Assembly: GCA_030141605.1 (NCBI GenBank)
Contig: JAQGDQ010000312.1
Span: 215,272 to 279,271, forward strand
Origin: Tubiluchus corallicola
Taxonomy: Eukaryota > Animalia > Priapulida
Length of the DNA stretch: 64,000 bases
Direction of reading: 5' to 3'
The notes beneath the pieces were generated by a model. That model was not told where the DNA came from. It saw only the letters and a program-made list of their open reading frames with translations, and ran no database searches. Both the position numbers and the translations under genes were made by a program. Position 1 is the stretch's first letter. Each line of letters starts with the position of its first letter. Positions 1 to 10,999 of the stretch are shown piece by piece.

Positions 1-836
1 GCCGTCAGGTACATAAAGGCGCTTCGCATGTTCAATCCAATCTAAATAGTGAGAAATCTTCACAGCGGTGGTCGTTGTCGCACCATCAGCCCACGATTCG
101 TTGTCCCATGGATATCTCACACTGCTTCTACTGGCTTGAACACCAATAACCTGTCCAGTACTGTATAGTACCATGGGTCCACCTGAATCACCTCTACCAC
201 CGCTGCGACTTGGATTATAGGCGCAAATAAGAAGATCGAGGTCTTTTCCTTTACAGTCACCGTACATGTCTATTATCAGTAATTCAGCTTTCTGTAAATC
301 CTCATTCACACGTGGTGGAACATACCGTATCTCTTGACTTCCCCATCCAGCTATAACAGCTATTCCGTTAATATAATTAGCTCTCTCACAAAAGGGTATT
401 TTGGCAGGCAGAATATCATGATCGCTTCCGGTAATGACAGTATACTCAACACGTCTGCTTAATCGTGCTAAGGCGATATCGTGATTCTCCTTAACTGTCC
501 CATTTATATTAAAAAGGGGGTGTGTATGATACCACCTGATCCAACGTTCTATTGGCGAGTTCCTCCAAGTGTTGTGCCCCAATAAGACTTCTAAGTGTTC
601 TCCGGCTTTTTTAACATTATGAAAACAGTGAGCTGCTGTCAAGATCCACACATTATCAATGAGAATTCCTCCGCAAGCAGTCTTCGGGAATTTAAGAAAA
701 ACTATGTAGGGAAATTCCCTTTCTTTAACTGCTTCTCCACCTCGAATCCTAGGTTCAGCAGACAGTTCTGTTGCGTCAAATACGTCAGAATCAAATACAT
801 TCGCAACAGGCGAAGACAGACATTCGTCAAAGTAGA
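1..836 (-). pseudogene. S1A serine protease copy A; 5'-truncated (no ATG or signal core), 3' end runs off the window
   Basis: Nearly identical to the complete copy at 2588-3571, including TAAHC, DIAL and GDSGGP codons. Homology stops at 836; an in-frame TAA lies just upstream. Functional status unresolved. Confidence 0.8.
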
Positions 837-1225
837 CTATTTAACAACTATTTAAAAGCAATGTGCATTCTTCCCACATAGTGTTCAACACAACGAAAAA
901 AGAATCTACTTGTGTAGTTCAGCTTCAACTAAGAGACAAACACGATCTCGACTGACTTTACACAGAACTTAATTTTCAAAAAACATAAAGACCCATGACA
1001 AGGAACGTTATGATGCATTAAATGATGCATGTTCTGATTGATAACAACAAACAAATTTTATTAGGATTGCTAACAACAAACAAATTTTATTAGGAATTTG
1101 TATTTTTGACAACTAGTCTGGTCAGAAATAATTGCAATAACAGCAATTTTAACATGATAGTTTAAAGATGAAATTGTCAAAAGCTTTATTGGAGTGCTCT
1201 AGAGATTTTTATACTGCAATTTTTC

Positions 1226-2169
1226 CTATTTCGTCACACTGAAAAAAATAACTAAGTACAGTGTAACTGCGTAAATTATCTTTGTTGTGCCATGTAATGG
1301 AGCAGCCATGTTGCATACGAAGCCAAAGATGCTGCCGTCAGGTACATAAAGGCGCTTCGCATCTTCAATCCAATCTAAATAGTGAGAAATCTTCACAGCG
1401 GTGGTCGTTGTCGCACCATCAGTCCACGATTCGTTGTCCCATGGATATCTCACACTGCTTCTACTGGCTTGAACACCAATAACCTGTCCAGTACTGTATA
1501 GTACCATGGGTCCACCTGAATCACCCAAATCAGAGCTGCGACTTGGATTATAGGCGCAAATAAGAAGAGCGGGGTCTTTTCCTGCACAGTCACCGTACAT
1601 GTCTACTACCAGTAACTCAGCTTTCTGTAAAAGCTCATTTATACGTGGTGGAACATCCCGTATCCCGTGACTTCCCCATCCAGCTAAAACAGCTATTTTG
1701 TTAACATAATTAGCTCTCTCACAAAAGGGTATTTTAGCAGGCAGAATATCTTGATCGAATCCGGTAATGACAGTATACTCAACACGCCTGTTTAATCGCA
1801 CTAAGGCGATATCGTTATTCTGAAAAACTGTCGAATTTGGATCATAAAGGGCGTGTGTATGATACCACCTGATCCAACGTTCTATTGGCGAGTTCCTCCA
1901 AGTGTTGTGCCCCAATAAGACTTCTAAGTGTTCTCCGGCTTTTTTAACATTATGAAAACAGTGAGCTGCTGTCAAGATCCACACATTATCAATGAGAATT
2001 CCTCCGCAAGCAGTCTTCGGGAATTTAAGAAAAACTATGTAGGGAAATTCCCTTTCTTTAACTGCTTCTCCACCTCGAATCCTAGGTTCAGCAGACAGTT
2101 CTGTTGCGTCAAATACGTCAGAATCAAATACATTCGCAACAGGCGAAGACAGACATTCGTCAAAGTAGA
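1226..2169 (-). pseudogene. S1A serine protease copy B; 5'-truncated but open frame with intact catalytic triad and a divergent central segment
   Basis: Frame open from the breakpoint at 2169 (YFDECLSS...EPR|IRGG) to the stop at 1226; TAAHC, NNDIAL and LGDSGGP present; own AATAAA about 40 nt after the stop (plus-strand TTTATT ~1185). No ATG upstream of the protease domain. Confidence 0.8.
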
Positions 2170-2587
2170 CTATTTAACAACTATTTAACAGCAATGTGCA
2201 TTCTTCCCACATAGTGTTCAACACAACGAAAAAAGAATCTACTTGTGTAGTTCAGCTTCAACTAAGAGATAAACAAGATCTCGACTGACTTTACACAGAA
2301 CTTAATTTTCAAAAAACATAAAGACCCATGACAAGGAACGTTATGATGCATTAAGTGATGCATGTTCTGATTGATAACAACAAACAAATTTTAATAGGAT
2401 TGCTAACAATAAACAAATTTTATTAGGATTGCTAACAACAAACAAATTTTATTAGGAATTTGTATTTTTGACAACTAGTCTGGTCAGAAATAATTGCAAT
2501 AACAGCAATTTTAACATGATAATTTAAAGATGAAATTGTCAAAAGCTTTATTAGAGTGCTCTAGAGATTTTTACACTGCAATTTTTC

Positions 2588-3571
2588 CTATTTCGTCACA
2601 CTGAAAAAAATAACTAAGTACAGTGTTACTGCATAAATTATCTTTGTTGTGCCATGTAATGGAGCAGCCATGTTGCGTACGAAGCCAAAGATGCTGCCGT
2701 CAGGTACATAAAGGCGCTTCGCATGTTCAATCCAATCTAAATAGTGAGAAATCTTCACAGCGGTGGTCGTTGTCGCACCATCAGCCCACGATTCGTTGTC
2801 CCATGGATATCTCACACTGCTTCTACTGGCTTGAACACCAATAACCTGTCCAGTACTGTATAGTACCATGGGTCCACCTGAATCACCTCTACCACCGCTG
2901 CGACTTGGATTATAGGCGCAAATAAGAAGATCGAGGTCTTTTCCTTTACAGTCACCATACATGTCTATTATCAGTAATTCAGCTTTCTGTAAATCCTCAT
3001 TCACACGTGGTGGAACATACCGTATCTCTTGACTTCCCCATCCAGCTATAACAGCTATTCCGTTAATATAATTAGCTCTCTCACAAAAGGGTATTTTGGC
3101 AGGCAGAATATCATGATCGCTTCCGGTAATGACAGTATACTCAACACGTCTGCTTAATCGTGCTAAGGCGATATCGTGATTCTCCTTAACTGTCCCATTT
3201 ATATTAAAAAGGGGGTGTGTATGATACCACCTGATCCAACGTTCTATTGGCGAGTTCCTCCAAGTGTTGTGCCCCAATAAGACTTCTAAGTGTTCTCCGG
3301 CTTTTTTAACATTATGAAAACAGTGAGCTGCTGTCAAGATCCACACATTATCAATGAGAATTCCTCCGCAAGCAGTCTTCGGGAATTTAAGAAAAACTAT
3401 GTAGGGAAATTCCCTTTCTTTAACTGCTTCTCCACCTCGAATCCTAGGTTCAGCAGACAGTTCTTTTGCGTCAAATACGTCAGAATCAAATACATTCGCA
3501 ACAGGCGAAGACAGACATTCGTCAAAGTAGAACCATGTAAGCAGATACAAACCTGCAGTTGACAGTTCCAT
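2588..3571 (-). CDS. Intronless secreted or membrane-anchored trypsin-like serine protease (peptidase S1A), ~327 aa
   Basis: ATG at 3571 (the track start at 3619 is GTG); signal-like MELSTAGLYLLTWFYFDECLS; activation site EPR|IRGG; CGGIL, TAAHC (His57), DIAL (Asp102), GDSGGP (Ser195), YLDWI; hydrophobic C-terminal tail IIYAVTLYLVIFFSV. Confidence 0.93.
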   Translation of the reverse strand: MELSTAGLYLLTWFYFDECLSSPVANVFDSDVFDAKELSAEPRIRGGEAVKEREFPYIVFLKFPKTACGGILIDNVWILTAAHCFHNVKKAGEHLEVLLGHNTWRNSPIERWIRWYHTHPLFNINGTVKENHDIALARLSRRVEYTVITGSDHDILPAKIPFCERANYINGIAVIAGWGSQEIRYVPPRVNEDLQKAELLIIDMYGDCKGKDLDLLICAYNPSRSGGRGDSGGPMVLYSTGQVIGVQASRSSVRYPWDNESWADGATTTTAVKISHYLDWIEHAKRLYVPDGSIFGFVRNMAAPLHGTTKIIYAVTLYLVIFFSVTK

Positions 3572-4489
3572 ACTAGTGCTAAAATAATGTGGTATTGCAG
3601 TGGTTCTCTGACCTTTCACAGGTGGTCATTTCTAAGAAATTTTTTTGGCCTGTTCTACTTTCATTATCGAACACTCGTCGAATACGTCAACATGTTGATA
3701 GTTGCCTGCTTCTACCGTCGATGTTGTCAAGTGCAAACAATTGTTTCCAAGGTTTTGTAACTTTCGAAAAAACAAATTGTTGCAAGTCACGTTTCAGTTT
3801 AAACATAATTTATTTAGGATCGGATCAGACAGTTTGAACATCATGATTTAGGATCCTCACCACAACAGACTTTACACACAATTTACAAGAACATTTACAG
3901 TAAGACTACACAAGCTGACAAGTTTTACTACAGGAATACATTAGCTGTACTGGAAATCTTGCATTGGCGTGCTTGGCGGCCTTCGCTTGTTGTTGGCTTT
4001 GGCCACCTTGTGGTGATTTTTGGCGTAATCACGTGATCAATTTGATCTGGGTCAGAGGTCTACTGTGAAGTGAAGATGTGTCATAAGTTGATAAGATATT
4101 GTCGTTATCTGTTACAATTGCTTATGATTTTGGGCTAATAACATACGTATATACTCTCATTACGTCATAAAATTTAAATTTACTTTCATATAATTGCTAG
4201 GTATTAGTTAATACGACAGTACAGTGTGGAGCTCTTCATTATGTAAAATTGACTTTTGGCTAGTGTTGTTTGTTTATTTGTTATTTTTTGGCACTAATTT
4301 CTTATGTTTAGATGGAATGACATGTTTTGGCAAATAAATAGCAAAGAAAGAGCAAAATTTAATCGAAGTTCGAATTTGGTTTTTGAAAACCCAAACAATA
4401 GACATTAGTAGAAAATGACGGTTAGAAAGTATTAATGTACGATTATTTAAGACTGATGCATTTCGTATCAGATATAAATTACTGGAAGC

Positions 4490-7323
4490 GTTTAGTAATA
4501 TAAAGTCATGTATACATTGGAATATTTTACAGTTAGCAGCATAATTAAATTCATCTTTTCCGAATAATAACAACTTCAACAGATCATTATTTCCTAAGGC
4601 AGCTATATTAAGGTTTTCGAGCAGAAGTATTTCATTTAATTTATCAAACATAACAACCCTAGCTAGTTGTTGCAATGGGCAGTGCAACAAAAAGTGTTCA
4701 ACAGACTCAAATCGAAATCCACAGTTACAATTCGGCAATATTGGATGATATTCGGCAATATTTGGCAATATTTGATGGATAATAATGTATTATCTTTACA
4801 GCCTTTAGAGCAAAGGTCATAGTTTAGCTGCGAAAATCCGATTCTCATGCGCGTATGATGCACTGATATTGGAGGTTTACCAAATGAAAAATGTTTCTTA
4901 CGCAACAAAAAACTTAAATGAGATTTGAGCTCTTGTTTGAATTGTGAAATGGGTGTAATTTCACGAATGTTCTGTGGTAAGTTGTTCCACATGTTAATGG
5001 TCGATATGAAAAACGATTTTTCACAGCTGACAGAACGGCAATTAAAATTTCTGTATTTAGTACCACTCCATACATAATAGGGGTAACTTCGTTTACCCTT
5101 GGCGGCAGAATTGCACTTAAATAGTGGGGCACTTAGTCATTGGTTATTTTGAAAAAAAGACATAGGCGACGATAATGGAAGCGTGTCACTAATTTAGTGA
5201 AGCCGCTATCAGACAAGATACGTGCAGGGGAAGATCGAAACATAGCGCCAGAACAGATTCTAGCAGCAGTTAGCTGAATATTTTCTAACAAACGTATACT
5301 GTTTTCACTGCATCCTGACCATACTACGTTTCCATATTCGATGGCAGGGAGAATAATCGTTCCCGCGTAGCTCTGGGCATATTAACAGACACGCGTCGAA
5401 AGCTTTAAATTTGCTTTGTCTACCATTTTTGAGACGTGATAATTCCAGTTCAGGTCAGATGTAAGATGGATACCTAAGTGTTTGTGAACATTTACAGTTT
5501 TCAATGGAGTATTAGATAAATACAGAGTACGATATTGAGGAGCATTGGATTTACGGGAAAAAAAGCATGACTTCGGTCTTATTTGGGTGAAATTTAACCA
5601 GCCAACGTTTGGCCCAGTTTTCAATTATTCTGAGATCTGCTTTTAAGCCCTTTGATAATGTATGTGCGTCATCCTTTAACGAATCCATTAAACCCGTATC
5701 GTCTGCCAAAAGGCGAATATCGGATTCAGTGTCTTCTGTAATATCATTAGCATACACTAAAAATAGAAGGGGACCTAAGATAGAACCTTGGGGGACGCCA
5801 GATAAAAGTGACTTCGCATCAGATGTATTACCGTTCAGCGTTACTCTTTGTGTTCGGATTCGAAGGTAAGATGATAGCCAAGACAGAAGTTGGCCACTTA
5901 CTCCATACTGCTTTAATTTGAATATCAAGCCTACATGCCACACCTTATCAAAAGCTTTGCTGATAAAAACGCTACAGATTTCAGCACCATCGTCTAAACT
6001 TGTATACAAATTGTGAACGATTGAAGCTAGCTGGTTAATGGTGCTATCGTTTGATCTGAACCCCGAGTTCTTTTCAGTTAAAAAGTTAGCAAAGTAGTAT
6101 CAATAGCAAAGTAGTTATACATCTGATTAAAGACAACGCGTTCTAGAATCTTAGATATAAATGAAAGTAGCGCCACGGATCTGTAGTTCGAAACAAGCTG
6201 TCTATCTCCGCCTTTGTGTATGGGGCAGACCTTTGCAACTTTCCACAAGCTAGGGAAATGACCTGACTGTAGTGAGAAGTTAAACAATCGGGTTAATGGG
6301 CTTGATAATGAATCTGCACAAAGCTTAAGTACTTTGTTGCTTATTCCATCAGGACCTACAGATTTGCTGGCATTGACGTTACTTAATAGTGTTTTCACTA
6401 AATCTTCCTGTACAGTAATGTGAGACATGTATGTATCAGTCTTCGATACGAATCTGGGTAATGAAGCATTTGAAATGTTCAAACGGCACTGCTGGGCAAA
6501 GTAATTGTTAAATGCATTGCACTTGGAAATCGCGTCACTTATGACAACACCAGCTTCATCTATAATGGGAGGAATAAAATAGTCACACGTCAAACTTTTA
6601 GTAATTTCCCACCAGACTTTAGGGCATGTTTCAGGATTCAATAGCTTCTCGTTCAGTTTGTCTGAATAGTCACGTTTGGCTTTTTTAACAGGCATTCTTG
6701 TACTTATTTTTAATAGTAGTATAGGACTGCCACGAAGCATTCGTCCTGTTTGATTTATAATTTCTGTGCGCCTTTTCTTTTTGTACTCTAAGCTTTCGAA
6801 CGTGACTATTCGTCCAAGGCTTATCGCGTGGGCGTATTGTTACAATTTGATTAGGCACACAAGAATCAATCATTTTCACTAGATTGTCAACAAATAATTG
6901 AAAAACAACATCAACAGATTCATTTGAAAACACAGCCTCCCAATTTGCAGCAGAGATTTGTTGATTTAATGCTGGCTAATCTGCTAAATTATAATTATAT
7001 ACCTTTCTTTTGAAAGCATGACGTACTGGAATTTTGACAAAAATTTTCCCCAAAATAAGGTTATGATCGCATGTAAAGATTTGTGGAAGCACACCGTAGT
7101 TAGTAAATAATCTGGGTGTGTCTGTGATAATGATAATCAAATCCAGTACAGACTTTGACGTACTAGTTACTCGAGTGGGATCGGTAATTAACTGGAACAA
7201 TTGATTTTGTACAACAAAATTATTTAATTTAGGGCCCATTGGATTTTCGTTTAGCTCTGCCTGGTCCCAGGCTTTACATTTGGCATTAAAGTCGCCAACA
7301 AATACAATGCTATAGGGGTGCTT
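4490..7323 (-). pseudogene. CR1-group ORF2, 3' part (end of APE, RT, Cys/His domain); multiple frameshifts
   Basis: Track ORFs 6976-7386, 6685-6933, 6078-6740, 5551-6009, 5382-5624, 4663-4992 and 4274-4768 tile one APE-RT polyprotein. Confidence 0.88.
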
Positions 7324-10300
7324 TGGGGGGAGTAAACCCCTACAGGGCGCATCCCCCGGGTGGCGGATCTGGGACCCCTGGCTCACGAGCCAGGGTGCTC
7401 CGAATATTCAAATAAGGAGCTGTGGACGAAATCCTTCAGGATAGACCTAGCAAGTCACTGAACTACTTTTTGCTCAAGTAACTCATGGCGAACACAACTG
7501 AAACAACGGCCCCCAGTCCCCGGCAGCCCTTAAATGGGCAGGGGGTGCTAAGAATCTCCGGTACCATGAATTCCAAGAGTAGAAAGGCAACTAAATTCAA
7601 AATTGCAATAATTAACATTTCAACGATGAGAGGGAAGGAGGAAGAGGTGGTGGATATAATGAAAGACAGGAATCTCGCAATTGTTGGTCTCAGTGAGACC
7701 AGGATGAGGGGTAGTGGAGAAAAGATCCTGCATGAAAACTACAAACTGATTTACAGCGGACAGGATGATGGGAGGCACGGTGTTGGAGTAGTTCTTTCAC
7801 CGGATCTGGCTCCCTATGTGGAGAAGGTTGATAGTGTCTCAGAGAGAATCATTGGTATTTCCATCAAGACAAAGACAGTGGCCTTTTCCTTAATTCAGGT
7901 TTATGCCCCGCAAAGTGGAAGACCATCCCAGGAAAAAGATCAATTTTACCAGGACCTACAAGATGTCACAGATACAGCAAGATACAAAGAAAAATTAATA
8001 GTTTGTGGAGACTTCAACGGACACATTGGAAGTGTGAGAGATCACGTTGAAACAGTGGTCGGAGCGTTTAGTGTTGGCGACAGGAATGAGGAGGGAGGCA
8101 GGATAATTAACTATGGTCTGCTAAACGGGTTGGCTATAATGAATACCTTCTATAAACACCGAGATAGTCATAAATGGACGTACTACGGTTGGAACAGCGA
8201 AGCGCAGCAGTACGTCAGCAAGTCGATGATAGATCTCTTGTTGACCTCAGACAAGCGAATATTCCAGAATGTGCGTGCTGTGCCATCGCTGTCTATGGAC
8301 TCCACGCACAGAATGGTGATAGCAACACTGACATGGAAAACAGAAAAGCTACCGAAAAAGAAGGGGAAACAGAGATTTAACATAGAAAAATTGAGAGACT
8401 CAGAGACTGCCGACACTATGAGAGAAGTTATAAACAACCAAATAGTGGAAGCTGAAAATAGTGACTGGGAAACATATAAAGAAATCGTTTCATCTGCCGC
8501 AGCAGATACATTGGACTCTAAAAAGTCGTATCAAGGAAGGAAGAAAACTACACCTTGGTGGACGGAAGCAGTAAAGAGTGCAGTTAAAGAGAAGATGAGA
8601 TGGTTCAGAAAGTGGATGAAGAGAAGAAGACCCAAAGACGAGAAGACGAACTAGCCAGGAATCGAGCTGAAAAAGTAAAGAAAGTAGAAAAGAATAGAGT
8701 GTGGGAAAACATCGGAGAGGATTTGAAGGCTGACCATGCAGGAACCAAGAAATTGCTCTACTCAATGACAAAGAATTACAGAAGTAGTGCTAAAGAACAA
8801 ACCTACGCAATTAAAGATCAAAATGGACAATTGCTCGTGCAACCAGATGACATCGCTAACAGATGGAGAGACTACTTTGATGATTTGCTCAACGTACGAG
8901 GAAGTGAAGAATTGGAAGTGGATGTGGACCTAGAGATCGACCCGAATGAACTCATCGAGGACATCACGGGAGCTGAGATCTCGGGGGTCATAACACGGAT
9001 GAAGAGAGGTAAAGCAACAGGAGATGATGACCTCCCTGTAGAAGTTGTGAAGGAAGCTGGGGAGGAGGCGCAGAAGCTCCTGCTAACCATAATGCAGGAC
9101 GCATACAGACAAGAAACTATACCACCAGAGTGGCAGAGAGGAGTCATTAACCCGATATTTAAAAAGGGAGATAAAGCTCTTTGTGAAAATTTTAGGGGCA
9201 TTTCCCTATTGTCCCACTGTGGAAAGCTATACAGTAGTATAATCGAGAGGAGGCTTCGTACACATGTCGAGGTTAGATTGGGAGAATGGCAGTACGGATT
9301 TCGACCAGGACGAAATACATCAGATCTTGTGTTTGTGATGAAGATGATAATGGAGAAAAGCTGGGAGTGGGGATGGGACAAATTTGCTCTCTTCATTGAT
9401 ATGGAGAAAGCCTTTGACCGTGTCCCAAGAAAGCTGCTTTGGAAGATTATGTCGGAGCCGCCGTATTCTGTTCCCAAAAAGCTGATAAGAGTTATCAAGA
9501 GCATCTATAGCAATAGTGTGAGTAAGGTAAGAAAAGGAGACGTGGAGACTGACTGGTTTAACATCGAAGCAGGTGTAAGACAAGGAGACGGGTTGTCCCC
9601 GCTCCTATATATCATATTCATGGACAAGTGCATCAGAGATACAAACCCACGACCGAACCAGCAAGTCCTCGCCTACGCGGACGACGTGGCAGTGATGGTG
9701 GACACCATACAAGAACTGCAGGGTGTGGCCAGTTCATGGTTATCAACAATGAATAATAATGGAATGAGCATAAACACGGCAAAGGGAAAGACTGAGTTCA
9801 TGCACATAAGCCGTAGAAGAGAGGAATTTGATGTGTATATGGAAGACAGGAAGCTGCACCAGGCAAATTCCTATAAATACCTTGGGGTGGTTGTGGATGA
9901 AGGAAATATTCAGGAAACGGAGTTGAGTGCGAGGATTGAGAAATATACAAGAAATTTTATGATGATGTATCCCCTATTGAAAGAGAAGTGCATACCCAAG
10001 CAAGTCAAGACAACTATATATAACACATTATTGAAACCAATACTAACATATGGAGCTGAATGCTGGTCACTTACAACGAAGACATCCTCAAGACTACAGG
10101 CAGCGGAAATGAAAGTTCTTCGGACTATAAGGGGTGTAACAAGGATAGACAGACTCAGAAGTGAACAGATAAGGTCAGACCTCTCAGTGAAACCACCCTT
10201 GAGAGAGATTGAGGAGAGCAAGTTGAGGTGGTATGGGCATATTAAGCGGATGGACGACACGAGACTGGCAAAGAAATATCTTGAATGGAAGCCGCAAGGC

Positions 10301-10490
10301 AAAAGACCAGTGGGAAGGCCCCGGAAGAGATGGCTTGATGGAGTTGGGGAGGCGCTTGCGAGGAGAGGAATCCGACTGGTGGATGTGGAGGAGGAGAAGA
10401 CGTATGAAGACAGAGACACCTGGAGAGACGTTATCAAGTGTTCGCCGGCTGACAGATGAAAATCTACCAGGAGGATGGTGAGAAAGAGAA
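7324..10490 (+). mobile_element. RTE-clade LINE, near full length, young
   Basis: Flanked by perfect 10-bp TSD AGGGGTGCTT (7314-7323 and 10491-10500); short structured 5' UTR; single APE-RT ORF; very short 3' UTR ending in GAGAAA-type repeats. Confidence 0.95.
7485..10459 (+). pseudogene. RTE APE-endonuclease/reverse transcriptase ORF with one frameshift at ~8630-8654
   Basis: ORF 7485-8654 (GLSETR, GVG, QVYAP, GDFNGH, IDLLL) overlaps ORF 8600-10459 (FRGISLLS, QYGFRPGR, DMEKAFD, GVRQGDGLSP, YADD, YKYLG, LRWYGH, GKRPVGRPRKRW). Confidence 0.92.
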
Positions 10491-10960
10491 AGGGGTGCTT
10501 AGGTTGAGAGGTTAATAGGTTATAGTAAGATTCATCTAGTGCTGCAATAAATCGGTCTTCACCTGCTGCATCTTGGGATGGGGACCTATAACAAATGCAC
10601 ATATAGAGTGTGTAAGAGACCTTTAAACTGATCTGTATCCACATAAATCCAAACTGATTCTGTGGTGACAACTCAGTCCGTGTTTTAAAATGTATGTGAT
10701 TGGCCGCATAAAATGCTACTCCACCACCATTTCTGTCCCGATCTTTTCTGACTGGATCTTGGAAACCGGAAAGACGAATTTCATCATTTGCTATGGAGTG
10801 ATCTAGCCATGTTTCTGTCAAAACGATGACATCATAATTGTTGGTGTTAGCGACTAACTGCAACTCGTTCAACTTAAAGGATTCGTTGTTCGCTGGGAGG
10901 CTTCGTACGTTGGAGTGATAGAAAGAAAAAAACTTTGTGTTTGTAGGATTGTTATTAGCG
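10491..10960 (-). pseudogene. CR1-group ORF2, 5' part (APE endonuclease N-half)
   Basis: FYHSNVRSLP..DVIVLTETWLD..RKDRDRNGGGVAFY..CICYRSP; continues as ..PKHP|YSIVFVGDFN on the other side of the RTE. Confidence 0.88.
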
Positions 10961-10999
10961 TTTCCGTAACTGTTCACGTTGTGAATATTATTGAATGTT

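Larger units (their letters stand above)
1..3531. repeat. Head-to-tail tandem duplication, units of 1333 and 1362 bp
   Basis: Equivalent breakpoints at 836, 2169 and 3531. The 29-bp length difference matches one extra copy of TTGCTAACAACAAACAAATTTTATTAGGA in the second spacer. Confidence 0.95.

Noticed and set aside
595-3562. Repeated plus-strand ORFs (MFSGFFNIMK.., MLCHVMEQ..)
   Set aside because: Antisense shadows of the protease copies; their conservation is explained by the tandem duplication.
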